Made by a program: the position numbers and the translations under genes
Shown: positions 18,639 through 28,237 of the stretch, one piece after another
How positions within the stretch are numbered: position 1 is the stretch's first letter
How the letters are laid out: every line of letters starts with the position of its first letter
The notes under the pieces: model-generated
Database searches by the model: none
The model's input: only the letters and a program-made list of their open reading frames with translations
What the model was told of the DNA's origin: nothing
Assembly (NCBI GenBank): GCA_964600255.1
Contig: CAZRIX010000006.1
Location: 1 to 63,083 of the forward strand
DNA: 63,083 bases
Reading direction: 5' to 3'
Source of the DNA: an uncultured Candidatus Saccharibacteria bacterium
GTDB taxonomy: Bacteria; Patescibacteriota; Minisyncoccia; Phycocordibacterales; PALSA-1337

Positions 18639-19439
18639 ATGAACTTATATCTATTTATTGTATCTATCGTCGAAGGATTAACTGAGTTTATACCAGTGTC
18701 TTCGACTGCACATATAATAATCTTTTCAAAGATATTCAATATTGATACAACAAGTGAATATATAAAGTTTTATTCATTATTCATTCAGTCTGGAGCGCTG
18801 CTAGCGGGTATTGTTTTATTTTCAAAGAAAATATTTTCTGATAAGAGAATGTTGACCAACATCATTTTAAGTTTCATCCCAACTTCTGTGATAGGTTTTT
18901 TGCTTTATAAATTATTCAAATCTCTCCTTGCGGGAAACATGGTGCTTATAGTAGTCACACTCGTAGTTGGGGGAGTAGTGCTAATTTTCTTGGAAAAGTT
19001 TTTTTTGAAGAGAATCGCCGATACTAGAGGGCCGGCAGATATAAACGATGTTGGAAGAGATAATATAACTTCAAAAGATGCTGTGTTTATTGGTATTGCA
19101 CAGGCGCTAGCTATTGTCCCAGGTGTCTCTCGATCAGGTTCTACGATCGCTGCTGGAATATTTATGGGAATAAAAAAGTCGGTGATTATCGAATATACAT
19201 TCATTCTTGCTATACCAACTATAGCAGCAGCTGTGGCTTTTGATACATACAAATCATTTGATGTTATATATTCTCTAAATAGCTACAGTGAATTGGTAAT
19301 TGGATTTCTCGTATCTTTTGTGTCGGCATTTATACTATTGAATTTTTTCAAAAACCGCTTAGGTCGTATATCACTAACCATGTTTGGATGGTACAGGATT
19401 ATTGTCGCTATTTTAATATTTCTAATCTTTGTATACTAA
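18639..19439 (+). CDS. uppP: undecaprenyl-diphosphate phosphatase
   Basis: LTEFIPVSSTAHIII and PGVSRSGSTI motifs. Confidence 0.85.
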   Translation: MNLYLFIVSIVEGLTEFIPVSSTAHIIIFSKIFNIDTTSEYIKFYSLFIQSGALLAGIVLFSKKIFSDKRMLTNIILSFIPTSVIGFLLYKLFKSLLAGNMVLIVVTLVVGGVVLIFLEKFFLKRIADTRGPADINDVGRDNITSKDAVFIGIAQALAIVPGVSRSGSTIAAGIFMGIKKSVIIEYTFILAIPTIAAAVAFDTYKSFDVIYSLNSYSELVIGFLVSFVSAFILLNFFKNRLGRISLTMFGWYRIIVAILIFLIFVY

Positions 19440-20356
19440 TGACTTCAAAACGTAAGAAAATAATCTCTCTCAATACAGTTTTTAGATATTTTTTACTAAT
19501 ACTTTTCTTCTTCCTGTTTGGGTCAATTCTCAGACAGAACGAGAAAGATAAGTTGGCAGCGCTAGAAAATACTCCAGTGATAGTTGTGTCACCAGAAGTT
19601 ATTTCCCCTGGAGATCCTGTTATGGTCACCATAACCTCTAGTAGTACAGTTAAAGAAGTAAGTATAAATGGTAAGAAGTATGGCACAGTAATATATGATA
19701 AAAAGCCACGTGCTTTTGTTGCAATACCATTTGAAGAGAAAAGAGAAAAGTATAAGGTGGTCGCAAGGTTCAATAATGGTTCAGTATATGAAAAGGAATT
19801 TGGTATCAAGATGAGGGAGAAACTTGAAAAGCCACTCGGTATACCAGAAAAACTTGGAGGTAATACACAGACAGCCGGCAAGTCACTAGTGAACAATCTC
19901 TCTACTGAAAATTCATTGATCAATAAAATACAATCTACAACAACACCGCTGTGGTCAGAGTCATTTGTTGGACCGCTCAAGACTTTGTATATCACTGATG
20001 AATACGGCTATAGTAGGAATACGGTAGGGTATAACATTTTACATAAAGGTACAGATTTCCGTGCGCCAGTTGGCACTGAAGTATTTGCTATTAATCGTGG
20101 TCGCGTAGTTCTCGCTCGAGATTTTACTGTGTATGGAAATACAATAATAGTTGATCATGGAAACGGACTGATATCTTTGTATATGCATTTGTCGAGAATC
20201 AATGTTAAAGAAGGGGATAGTGTGAAAGCCGGCGAGGTAATAGGTTTGAGTGGTAAGACTGGTTATGCTGAAGCTCCTCACCTGCATATTAGTATAAAGC
20301 TTGATGGTGAATCTATCGATCCTGCTACATTCTTTGAATTTTTTGGTGTGCTATAA
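19439..20356 (+). CDS. M23-family metallopeptidase with N-terminal TM anchor
   Basis: HKGTDFRAPVGTEV..., DHGNGLISLYMHLS, APHLHISI. ATG 19439 overlaps the uppP stop by 1 nt. Confidence 0.8.
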   Translation: MTSKRKKIISLNTVFRYFLLILFFFLFGSILRQNEKDKLAALENTPVIVVSPEVISPGDPVMVTITSSSTVKEVSINGKKYGTVIYDKKPRAFVAIPFEEKREKYKVVARFNNGSVYEKEFGIKMREKLEKPLGIPEKLGGNTQTAGKSLVNNLSTENSLINKIQSTTTPLWSESFVGPLKTLYITDEYGYSRNTVGYNILHKGTDFRAPVGTEVFAINRGRVVLARDFTVYGNTIIVDHGNGLISLYMHLSRINVKEGDSVKAGEVIGLSGKTGYAEAPHLHISIKLDGESIDPATFFEFFGVL

Positions 20357-20364
20357 TTATATAA

Positions 20365-20940
20365 ATGGCAAGAACGAGTTCTAAAATAAAAAAGAGAAGC
20401 GAGTTTGCACTACTAGAGGATTTTTTGATGATAGCAATCGGTATCGTGATCGCTATCGCACTTTCTCGAATGGGTTTTATTGATTCGGTTATAAACCTAA
20501 CCAGAGAATACTACCAAATACCAAGTTTTATTGCTGGAATATTTTTTACATCTGCATTTACTATCGCTCCATCCTCAGTAACACTAGTAAATATATCTCA
20601 GGCGGCACCAATGTCTGGAGTTGTCGTTTGGGGTGGAATCGGTGCTATGTTTGGCGACCTGGTATTGTTTTTATTTATCAGAGATAGATTTGCAGATGAT
20701 ATAAAACAAGCATTTAGACCAAAGCATTTTAGAATGTTGATGAAGTCGCTACACTTTGGTTTTATGAAGTGGCTAGCCCCTATAATAGGTGCACTAATCA
20801 TCGCGTCTCCATTGCCAGATGAGTTCGGCATCACTTTACTAGGATTATCAAGACTTAAAATAGCTGTACTGCTGCCTGTGGCTCTAGTTATGAATATGTT
20901 AGGTATATACCTTTTGATTACATTTTCTCATTTTTTGTAA
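20365..20940 (+). CDS. polytopic membrane protein (possibly VTT/YqaA-like)
   Basis: Four to five hydrophobic helices, plus GDLVLFLFIRDRF and SPLPDE motifs. Confidence 0.5.
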   Translation: MARTSSKIKKRSEFALLEDFLMIAIGIVIAIALSRMGFIDSVINLTREYYQIPSFIAGIFFTSAFTIAPSSVTLVNISQAAPMSGVVVWGGIGAMFGDLVLFLFIRDRFADDIKQAFRPKHFRMLMKSLHFGFMKWLAPIIGALIIASPLPDEFGITLLGLSRLKIAVLLPVALVMNMLGIYLLITFSHFL

Positions 20941-20960
20941 TAGTGCTATAATCTCAAAAT

Positions 20961-21614
20961 ATGAATACAATACGAATAATCAAATGGGCGGCATTTGTTG
21001 CGGTTTTGGGATTAATAGTCTGGGGTCTGGTAGCGGCATCACAGAAGGCTGACAAGGAGTCTGCGTCATTGCCAAAGGCAGATCAGATTGTTTCTGGTGA
21101 TTGGACACGTGGTAATGCATCATCAAGTGTTACTCTCATCGAGTACAGTGACTTTGAATGTCCAGCATGTGCAGCTTTCTATCCACTAGTAGAAGAGGTA
21201 AATGAAAAGTTGGGAAATAAGATTAACTTTGCTTATAGACATTTTCCTCTAACTCAACATCCAAACGCTATACCTGCAGCAAAAGCAGCTGAAGCGGCTG
21301 GACTACAAGGAAAGTTCTGGGAAATGTATACTGAAATATTCATGAATCAAAGTGAGTGGGCTGGTACTACTACTGCACATGTTGTGTTCAATAAATATGC
21401 AGTGAAGATCGGTCTAGATATCGAAAAGTACAATGCTGACTATAATCTACCCGAAATCAAGGAAAAAATAGATAAAAGTATTATGGGTGGGATAAAGGCA
21501 GGGGTAAATTCTACACCAAGCTTTTTCCTAAACGGTAAAAAAATAACTCCACAATCATATGAACAATTTGAAAAACTTATTGACGAAGCAATTGCAAGTT
21601 CACAGAATTCCTAA
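20961..21614 (+). CDS. DsbA-like thiol:disulfide oxidoreductase, membrane anchored
   Basis: Thioredoxin-fold CPAC active site (YSDFECPACAAFYP) and an N-terminal TM helix. Confidence 0.8.
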   Translation: MNTIRIIKWAAFVAVLGLIVWGLVAASQKADKESASLPKADQIVSGDWTRGNASSSVTLIEYSDFECPACAAFYPLVEEVNEKLGNKINFAYRHFPLTQHPNAIPAAKAAEAAGLQGKFWEMYTEIFMNQSEWAGTTTAHVVFNKYAVKIGLDIEKYNADYNLPEIKEKIDKSIMGGIKAGVNSTPSFFLNGKKITPQSYEQFEKLIDEAIASSQNS

Positions 21615-22056
21615 ATGGGTTTTTGTTTCTGTAACTATCCTATCTATTGTTGGATTTTCTGTTGCTACATATTTAACGGTTGAGCATTTCAGAAATGTAA
21701 CACCACCATGTGCTATTGGGGGATGCGAAACTGTTCTTACCAGTGAATACTCTGAAGTATTCGGTTTACCTGTATCACTTTTAGGATCACTATACTATCT
21801 ACTAATGCTCGCTTCAATTCTAGTATATTTTGACGTAAAGAATGAAAGAGTAAAGGATGGAAGTGTAAAGTTCATGGCTCTACTGTCTTTGATTGCGGCT
21901 ATCGTATCATTGTTCTATATTGCACTTATGCTGTTTGTTATCAAAGCAATCTGTATTTACTGCATGGTTTCCGATATCTCATCAATAGTTATTCTAATAA
22001 TTCTATGCAGAGCACTTTATACTGCATACGATAAAGGACTTCCAACATATGAATAA
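21559..22056 (+). CDS. vitamin K epoxide reductase (VKOR) family protein
   Basis: Conserved Cys pair CAIGGC, loop SEYSEVFGLPVS and CIYC active-site motif in a 4-TM protein. The ATG start overlaps dsbA-like by 56 nt; the true start may be TTG 21592. Confidence 0.7.
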   Translation: MNNLKNLLTKQLQVHRIPKWVFVSVTILSIVGFSVATYLTVEHFRNVTPPCAIGGCETVLTSEYSEVFGLPVSLLGSLYYLLMLASILVYFDVKNERVKDGSVKFMALLSLIAAIVSLFYIALMLFVIKAICIYCMVSDISSIVILIILCRALYTAYDKGLPTYE

Positions 22057-22909
22057 AGATTATGAATTATTAGACTCAGGAGACGGAGAAAAATTGGAAA
22101 GATTCGGCCAAGTAGTTTTGTCTCGTCCAGATCCACAAGCTTTGTGGAGAAAACATTTGGATGAAAAAGATTGGAAAAAAGCAGATGCAAGTTTCTCACG
22201 CTCTGAAGCTTCAGCTGAGTGGACATATAAAAAGGGGAAGCTAGAAAAGTGGTCTATAGACTATTCAGGATTAAAATTCTGGATTAAGCCAACAGCATTC
22301 AAACATACAGGAATTTTCCCTGAGCAGGCAGCAAACTGGGATTGGATGAGGGAGAAGATTTCTCAAGATCTGCTGTCGCCGAGAGCGGACGGAATCGAAG
22401 TCCTCAATCTCTTCGGCTACACAGGTGGAGCATCACTCGCTTGCGCACAAGCTGGAGCAAAAGTGGTACATGTCGACGGATCAAAATCTGCAATAACATG
22501 GGCTCGCGAGAATGCAGAACTATCAGGACTAGTAGATAAGCCAATCCGTTGGATATTAGAGGACGCACGTGTGTTTGTTGGAAGAGAAGTAAAAAGAGGC
22601 AACAAATACGATGCAATATTGATGGACCCACCAGCTTTCGGACATGGAGCAAACAAAGAAATTTGGAAGATAGAAGAAGATTTCTTGCCACTAGTTGAAG
22701 AGTGTATAAAACTTCTGAAAGACAAGCCACTATTTTTTATAATAAACGGATATTCAGCAGGATATTCAGCTATAGCATATAAAAATGTTTTGTCGGTTCT
22801 AACAGAAAAGTTCGGAGGCAAGGTAGAAATAGGGGAGTTAACATTACCAGAGACAGGTACTGATAGACTATTACCGTGTGGAATATTTGCTAGATGGAGT
22901 AGTAAATAA
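22049..22909 (+). CDS. class I SAM-dependent (RlmI/RlmK-like) methyltransferase
   Basis: LLDSGDGEKLERFG N-terminus, VLNLFGYTGGASL SAM motif and ILMDPPAF. Confidence 0.7.
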   Translation: MNKDYELLDSGDGEKLERFGQVVLSRPDPQALWRKHLDEKDWKKADASFSRSEASAEWTYKKGKLEKWSIDYSGLKFWIKPTAFKHTGIFPEQAANWDWMREKISQDLLSPRADGIEVLNLFGYTGGASLACAQAGAKVVHVDGSKSAITWARENAELSGLVDKPIRWILEDARVFVGREVKRGNKYDAILMDPPAFGHGANKEIWKIEEDFLPLVEECIKLLKDKPLFFIINGYSAGYSAIAYKNVLSVLTEKFGGKVEIGELTLPETGTDRLLPCGIFARWSSK

Positions 22910-22910
22910 T

Positions 22911-23597
22911 ATGAACCCTTTCCCTGAACTCAAAGTCCTCTATGAAGACAATCACCTGATCGCTGTCTACAAACCCGCTGGTACCTTGGTACAGGGGGAC
23001 AAGAGTGGTGACATATCCATGATGGAAGAGGTGAAGTCGTATCTTAAAAATAAATACAATAAACCCGGCAATGTATTCCTAGGTTTGATACATCGTCTCG
23101 ATCGAAATGTGGATGGTATTGTTCTTTTTGCTAAAACTTCAAAGGGAGCGAGTCGTCTATCGGAGCAGTGGAGGGAACATACAGTCGAGAAAGTCTACCA
23201 TGCTTGGGTGACTGGTGAGGTAAAAGATAAGACGAAGGTTTTGGTAAATTATATAAAGCATGATGAGCATCAAAACTTTGCCGAAGTCTTCGATGTTGAA
23301 ACTAGAGGAGCTGATAGGGCCGAGCTTTCTTTTGAGTTGATAAAAATAGAAAAGGGACTTACTGTTGCTGGTGATTTTTCACTATTGAAAGTAAAACTAA
23401 AGACAGGTCGACATCATCAGATCCGTTCGCAACTCTCTCATTACGGTCACGCGATAGTCGGGGATAGTAAGTATGGCTCTACTGTTCGTTTGCCTGATCA
23501 GAAGATTGCTTTGACTGAAACTTCTCTTAGTTTCAATACTGCAACCACGGATGAGCGTAAAATAATAACTCTAGAAGTTCCCACAAAAACGTGGTAA
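22911..23597 (+). CDS. RluA-family pseudouridine synthase (second copy)
   Basis: HRLDRNVDGIVLFAKT and GRHHQIRSQL. Confidence 0.8.
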   Translation: MNPFPELKVLYEDNHLIAVYKPAGTLVQGDKSGDISMMEEVKSYLKNKYNKPGNVFLGLIHRLDRNVDGIVLFAKTSKGASRLSEQWREHTVEKVYHAWVTGEVKDKTKVLVNYIKHDEHQNFAEVFDVETRGADRAELSFELIKIEKGLTVAGDFSLLKVKLKTGRHHQIRSQLSHYGHAIVGDSKYGSTVRLPDQKIALTETSLSFNTATTDERKIITLEVPTKTW

Positions 23598-23606
23598 TGT
23601 TTATTT

Positions 23607-24404
23607 ATGATTTTGATTGATGGTCGTAAGGCTAGGGAATACTATCTACCAATACTTCAGGAAAAGATAAAAGCCAGAGGCGAACTGACTCTATTGATTA
23701 TTCAGGTTGGTAATCGTTCTGATTCAAATGCATATATTAATGCCAAGAAAGCTTTTGCTATAAAGATCGGTGTAAAAGTCCGTCATATAAATTTCCCAGA
23801 AACTATTTCGCAGGAGGAAATAGTGGATTTAATATCAAAAAGTAATGCTGATAAAGATATAAATGGAATCATAGTCCAACTTCCTCTTCCTGCTCATATA
23901 AATTCTGATGAAGTTATAGATACTATAGATTCAAAAAAAGATGTCGATGGTCTGACTAACAATACCAAGTTTATGCCAGCAACTGCGCGAGGCATATCTC
24001 TTCTTTTGGATTTTTATAAAATAGAAATTTTAAATAAAAATATAGTGGTGATGGGTCGCTCAAAGCTTGTCGGAACACCTATTGCCAATATGTGCAGAGC
24101 GCGCAGAGCTGTGGTCACAGTGTTGCATAGTGGTAGTACAAATGTTACTAACCATACGAAGAAGGCAGATATCTTGATTGTTGCTATAGGTAAAGCGAAT
24201 TTTGTGACTGATGAGCATGTTTCTCCTGGTCAAATAGTGATAGATGTCGGAATTACTCGCATAGGCGACGGTGATGGAGTGCTAGTTGGCGACGTAGACT
24301 TTGAAAAGGTAAAAAATATCGTCGAAATGATCACACCTGTTCCAGGAGGAGTTGGTCAGATGACCGTTCTTTCTCTCTTTGAAAACCTTGCTGATGCATG
24401 CTAA
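23607..24404 (+). CDS. folD: bifunctional methylenetetrahydrofolate dehydrogenase/cyclohydrolase
   Basis: GIIVQLPLP, VVMGRSKLVGTPIA, PVPGGVGQMT. Confidence 0.85.
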   Translation: MILIDGRKAREYYLPILQEKIKARGELTLLIIQVGNRSDSNAYINAKKAFAIKIGVKVRHINFPETISQEEIVDLISKSNADKDINGIIVQLPLPAHINSDEVIDTIDSKKDVDGLTNNTKFMPATARGISLLLDFYKIEILNKNIVVMGRSKLVGTPIANMCRARRAVVTVLHSGSTNVTNHTKKADILIVAIGKANFVTDEHVSPGQIVIDVGITRIGDGDGVLVGDVDFEKVKNIVEMITPVPGGVGQMTVLSLFENLADAC

Positions 24405-24434
24405 TATAGTCTTCTATTAGCTAATTAACTTAAT

Positions 24435-25226
24435 ATGAATAATCAAGAACAAGTATGGACAATAGGTAAGTGGGTTGGTGTTGCTCTAGTGGTATTTCTA
24501 GCCGTTATTTCACTAAAGCAGCTAGTATCTATTTCATATGTTGGAAAGCAATTTCCAGCTATGAACTCTATTGCAGTTTCAGGCAAGGGAGAAGCTATTT
24601 CAATTCCTGATATAGCAACTTTCTCATTTACAGTTAATGAAACAGCTAAGACTGTAAAGGAAGCACAAGACAAGGCAAGTACAAAGACAAATAAGGCATT
24701 GGACGAAGTAAGAGCAAAGGGTATTGAAAACAAGGATATAAAGACTCTTTCATACTCTATCAATCCAAAGTATGAATACTCACAAGGTATTTGTAATCAA
24801 TTCGGATGTCCAAATGGAAAGTCAGTATTGGTTGGATATGATGTATCACAGACAATACAAGTAAAGGTTCGTGAGATTGCAAAGGCTGGAGAAGTTTTTG
24901 ACACTCTAGGAACTGTAGGAATCGATAATGTAAATGGACTAACATTTTCTACAGATAATATCGATACTGTAAAGGCTGTCGCTAGAGCAGAAGCTATCAA
25001 GAATGCAGAGGAAAAGGCAGAGAAGATAGCAAAGGAGCTTGGAGTGAAGCTTGTTAGAGTAATAAGTTTCTACGACTCAAGTGATGATCAGAATCCAATG
25101 TATGCACGTGAGATTATGGGTGTAGATATGATGTCTGCAAAGGCCGCATCAGCACCTTCAGTATCTATCCCAACAGGTGAGCAAAAGGTTACAGCAACAG
25201 TCTCAGTTACTTACGAGATAAGATAG
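24435..25226 (+). CDS. SIMPL (DUF541) domain protein, membrane anchored
   Basis: ISVSGKGEAISIPDIATFSF... pattern with an N-terminal TM helix. Confidence 0.7.
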   Translation: MNNQEQVWTIGKWVGVALVVFLAVISLKQLVSISYVGKQFPAMNSIAVSGKGEAISIPDIATFSFTVNETAKTVKEAQDKASTKTNKALDEVRAKGIENKDIKTLSYSINPKYEYSQGICNQFGCPNGKSVLVGYDVSQTIQVKVREIAKAGEVFDTLGTVGIDNVNGLTFSTDNIDTVKAVARAEAIKNAEEKAEKIAKELGVKLVRVISFYDSSDDQNPMYAREIMGVDMMSAKAASAPSVSIPTGEQKVTATVSVTYEIR

Positions 25227-25246
25227 TTTGAAGTTCGTAACAAAAG

Positions 25247-25270
25247 ACCCGGAATATACCGGGTTTTTTG
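25247..25270 (+). terminator. intrinsic terminator
   Basis: ACCCGG-AATATA-CCGGGT followed by TTTTTT. Confidence 0.7.
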
Positions 25271-25368
25271 TTTGTTTAAATAGATTGACATTGAACTTAA
25301 AAAAGGGTAGTATTTAACCACTACCTCCCTCGGGGGTTTTTTAATAACAGTAAGAAGAATTCAAAATT

Positions 25369-25545
25369 ATGAAAATAACAGAATATATCAAAGAAACTCG
25401 TGGTGAAATGGCTCATGTAACATGGCCTTCAAGACAGCAGGCTATATTGTACTCAGTAGCGGTTATCGTTGTTTCTGTTGCTGTAGCGGTATTTCTAGGG
25501 CTATCTGATTATGTTTTTGCAAGACTTCTTACTTTGTTATTCTAA
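25369..25545 (+). CDS. secE: preprotein translocase subunit SecE (58 aa, below the ORF-track cutoff)
   Basis: My translation is MKITEYIKETRGEMAHVTWPSRQQAILYSVAVIVVSVAVAVFLGLSDYVFARLLTLLF. It sits immediately upstream of nusG. Confidence 0.8.
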   Translation: MKITEYIKETRGEMAHVTWPSRQQAILYSVAVIVVSVAVAVFLGLSDYVFARLLTLLF

Positions 25546-25564
25546 TTAATTTAAAAACAAAACT

Positions 25565-26110
25565 ATGTCAAAACAACAAATTGGTGGAGAGAGAAGTTGG
25601 TATGCAATCCACACATATGCTGGATACGAGAATGCCGTTGCTCGTAATCTAAAGCAGAGAATCGAATCTCTAGGAATGGAAGATAGAATTTTTAATGTTA
25701 TCGTTCCAACCGAGAAGAAGATCAAGATCAAGGGAGGAAAGAGAGTAGAAGAGGAAGAGAAGATCTATCCTGGATACGTACTTGTAGATATGATCGTAAC
25801 TGATGATTCTTGGTATGTGGTTCGTAATACTCCTCGCGTTACTGGCTTCGTCGGTTCTGGAGTTTTTCCAGTTCCACTAGAGAAGAAGGAAGTTGATAAC
25901 CTATTTGGCAGAATGAATAAAGAAGAGGTAAAACACACAATAGATCTAGTAAAAGATGAGAATGTTAAGATTGTTGATGGTCCATTCAAGGATCTAGAGG
26001 GTAAGGTCTCTGAAGTTGATGATAGTAGAGGTAAGGTAAAGGTTCTTGTTTCAATGTTCGGTCGAGAAACACCAGTAGAACTAGACTTCTTGCAAGTTAG
26101 TAAGATTTAA
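25565..26110 (+). CDS. nusG: transcription termination/antitermination factor NusG
   Basis: [15 protein letters not shown]-terminal domain and KOW motif [15 protein letters not shown]. Confidence 0.9.
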   Translation: MSKQQIGGERSWYAIHTYAGYENAVARNLKQRIESLGMEDRIFNVIVPTEKKIKIKGGKRVEEEEKIYPGYVLVDMIVTDDSWYVVRNTPRVTGFVGSGVFPVPLEKKEVDNLFGRMNKEEVKHTIDLVKDENVKIVDGPFKDLEGKVSEVDDSRGKVKVLVSMFGRETPVELDFLQVSKI

Positions 26111-26163
26111 TATAGTATCTTATTACCTCATGCTTCTAGAGGCATTACCTATAAAACAAACAA

Positions 26164-26586
26164 ATGGCTAAAAAAGTAATTAAAAAAGTAAAAGTTATCG
26201 CACCAGCAGGAAAGGCGACTCCAGCTCCACCACTTGGACCTACACTAGGACAGGCCGGAGTTAACATTGGTGACTTCACAAAGAAGTTCAACGATGCTAC
26301 AAAGGGAATGATGGGCGATATGATCCCTGTTGTCATCACAGTTTACGATGACCGAACATATGATTTCGTCCTAAAGACTCCACCAGCAAGTTCACTTATC
26401 CTAAAGGCTATCGGAGCAGAGAGTGGATCAGGCAAGCATGCTGTAAAGCGCGCTGGAACTATCACAAAGGCTCAGGTAAGAGCAATTGCTGAGAGAAAGA
26501 TGCCAGACCTAAATGCAAGTACAATCGAGGCAGCTATGAAGATTATCGAGGGTTCATGCAGATCGATGGGTGTGGATGTTAAGTAA
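26164..26586 (+). CDS. rplK: 50S ribosomal protein L11
   Basis: PAGKATPAPPLGPTLGQAGVNIGDFTKKFN. Confidence 0.9.
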   Translation: MAKKVIKKVKVIAPAGKATPAPPLGPTLGQAGVNIGDFTKKFNDATKGMMGDMIPVVITVYDDRTYDFVLKTPPASSLILKAIGAESGSGKHAVKRAGTITKAQVRAIAERKMPDLNASTIEAAMKIIEGSCRSMGVDVK

Positions 26587-26610
26587 TTAAGGGCTTAATA
26601 TTAAAGAAAA

Positions 26611-26636
26611 GACTGGTAGAAATGCCAGTTTTTTCT
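26611..26636 (+). terminator. intrinsic terminator after rplK
   Basis: ACTGG-TAGAAATG-CCAGT followed by TTTTTT. Confidence 0.6.
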
Positions 26637-26812
26637 TTGTAATTATGGCTATTTACAAATAGGTTTTAATATGGTATCGTTGTACTCAGAACAGCTGCCG
26701 AACTGTTCTGAATGTATGAAGGATTCCACGGCTCGAAAAGCCACAGGGATGGGTGACGAACACCCCATATATTCCTCACAAGGCAATTTGACAAGTGAAA
26801 GAGAAACAAGAG

Positions 26813-27469
26813 ATGGACCTGTTTCGACGGGTCCCACAGGAGTTGGTGAAGATCTGGGAGGAGAAGAGTCTCCAGGGTCTGAAGCAACAGAGTATGGAAG
26901 AAGTTTACGCTGAGTGGCGTGGACTAAAGTTCAGAATATTGGTCGCAAGAACTTATTTCTGGACCCTCATCTTCCTTACTGTCGTGTTGATCATCGTTAG
27001 CGCTGTCGCTGACATGACAACATTCATCACATTCAATCCAAAGGTATTTCTTACAACACTGTTGTTGTTGGCGTTAGCCATGGGCTGTGCCGGCCATCTG
27101 TACTATGGAAGCTCACGTTGGATTGACATGAAGCTATCCGAAAAACGGTACTCCAGGCTAATCATCGACTTCAACCTTAGGATTGGAATACTGATGGTCT
27201 TGGGTGAGAATTCATTTCAGCAACAAATGGTCGTTGTTCATCTACGTGAACTTGCAAGAAAGCTCGCTTATGCACAGGCGAACTATGCAGTTGTTACTGC
27301 AGACACGTGCGATAAAGTGAGGGACGAATTCACCACTGCACTCTCTACTGCAACTGAAGAATTTGAACCATACTTTGAGAACCTGCGGTACTTTAATCGG
27401 TACTTCGGTGTTCCAAATCGCAAGAGACTTTTTGATGAAGCCGACCGTCATCTCAAAGGCTACGCATAA
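26813..27469 (+). CDS. orphan 2-TM membrane protein with helical cytoplasmic C-terminal domain (P2, G+C-richer cassette)
   Basis: Two hydrophobic helices (FWTLIFLTVVLIIVSAVA and FLTTLLLLALAMGCAG). Start is ATG 26813 or GTG 26795. Preceded by a structured leader of about 125 nt and followed by its own terminator. Confidence 0.55.
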   Translation: MDLFRRVPQELVKIWEEKSLQGLKQQSMEEVYAEWRGLKFRILVARTYFWTLIFLTVVLIIVSAVADMTTFITFNPKVFLTTLLLLALAMGCAGHLYYGSSRWIDMKLSEKRYSRLIIDFNLRIGILMVLGENSFQQQMVVVHLRELARKLAYAQANYAVVTADTCDKVRDEFTTALSTATEEFEPYFENLRYFNRYFGVPNRKRLFDEADRHLKGYA

Positions 27470-27493
27470 CGATTTCGAGGTTAACTAACCTCG

Positions 27494-27524
27494 GCCCCTA
27501 CGGAAACGTGGGGGCTAGTTTTTT
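27494..27524 (+). terminator. intrinsic terminator of P2
   Basis: GCCCCTACG-GAAA-CGTGGGGGC, then CTAGTTTTTT. Confidence 0.75.
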
Positions 27525-27530
27525 ATATAG

Positions 27531-27562
27531 GAAAAAGCGCGGCACGGTAAACGTGCACGCGC
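27531..27562 (-). terminator. intrinsic terminator of P3 (minus strand)
   Basis: On the minus strand: GCGCGTGCACG-TTTAC-CGTGCCGCGC followed by TTTTT. Confidence 0.75.
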
Positions 27563-27580
27563 CTCCTGAAATATTCTGGT

Positions 27581-28237
27581 TTAACCGAATTTAAGATCAA
27601 GCTGGCAGGGTCCTGATCGAACTTTCGGTGTATCACTCGAACCGTTCCAGCTGATACCCCGTACTGTGCGCCCGAGGTCTTCGATGGAACTGACTTCTAA
27701 AAGCTTGGGTCTGGCAAAGTTTGGATGTAAGCCGTTACCCGCCTCGACACCGAAAACCAGTTGACTCGGTCTCCAGTGAAGACGAATATGAAAAGGTGGT
27801 GAATCATGACTCGATTGAATTTCACCGCAGATTTCTCCGCGAAATCCGGGGTCAATAGGAACTCCCCAGAAGAAATCATGATGATTGCCACGAATGCACA
27901 AGTGCATATTTGCAGTGCTGCTTCTAGGGCAGGTACATGCAAAAATGTGATTCGGCATGCCGAGAATGATCCCGAAGCCGAGCTTGACGCTCGCGCCGGG
28001 GTTCAGAGTGTATCCATAGCCATTATCACCAGGACAAACCAAGTCCGTGATTGACTCATGAGGTTTCCCCCTGAAATCCCATAATACTTCTCGGCGTCCT
28101 GTCTCTGGATCAATCTGGTCGGTTACGACGCTATTAACGAACAAGTCGTACCCGACATCCTCTCCCGGCCTACCTTGAACTGGTAATCTCCCACCAGGGA
28201 GTACTAGAACAGGTATCTGATTTTTTTCGTATTTCAC
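27581..28237 (-). CDS. divergent dUTPase/dCTP-deaminase-superfamily protein (P3, G+C-rich cassette)
   Basis: All five trimeric-dUTPase-type motifs are recognisable: DVGYDL, LNPGASVKLGFGI, CPRSS, PIDPGFRGEI and RGISWNGSS. GTG start with AAGGG SD. Own TTGACA promoter (minus strand, about 28286-28291). Confidence 0.65.
   Translation of the reverse strand: MKYEKNQIPVLVLPGGRLPVQGRPGEDVGYDLFVNSVVTDQIDPETGRREVLWDFRGKPHESITDLVCPGDNGYGYTLNPGASVKLGFGIILGMPNHIFACTCPRSSTANMHLCIRGNHHDFFWGVPIDPGFRGEICGEIQSSHDSPPFHIRLHWRPSQLVFGVEAGNGLHPNFARPKLLEVSSIEDLGRTVRGISWNGSSDTPKVRSGPCQLDLKFG

Noticed and set aside
19408-19995. Long antisense ORFs inside well-supported genes, for example 19408-19995, 40062-40703, 57398-57982, 57986-58456, 22417-22821 and 44817-45200.
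   Set aside because: All lie opposite longer ORFs with clear family motifs and have skewed S/F/I/L composition typical of shadow frames in AT-rich DNA.
25270-25368. TTGACA, 17-nt spacer, TAGTAT promoter followed by a short CCC-TCG-GGG hairpin plus T-run upstream of secE, considered as a possible attenuator.
   Set aside because: The stem is only 3-4 bp. It is too weak to call a regulatory terminator without experimental or comparative support.
26715-26770. Possible guanidine-II (mini-ykkC) riboswitch in the P2 leader, based on two adjacent small hairpins with CGAA-containing loops.
   Set aside because: The loops are 5-nt CGAAA and ACGAA, not the conserved ACGR tetraloops closed by C-G pairs. 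The downstream gene is not a typical guanidine-related transporter. I kept this only as an unexplained structured leader.
26671-26913. 80-aa + ORF overlapping the P2 start out of frame.
   Set aside because: Its second half (GPVSTGPTGVGEDLGGEESPGSE) is low-complexity sequence typical of an off-frame reading of a G+C-rich gene. Its first part coincides with the leader hairpins.
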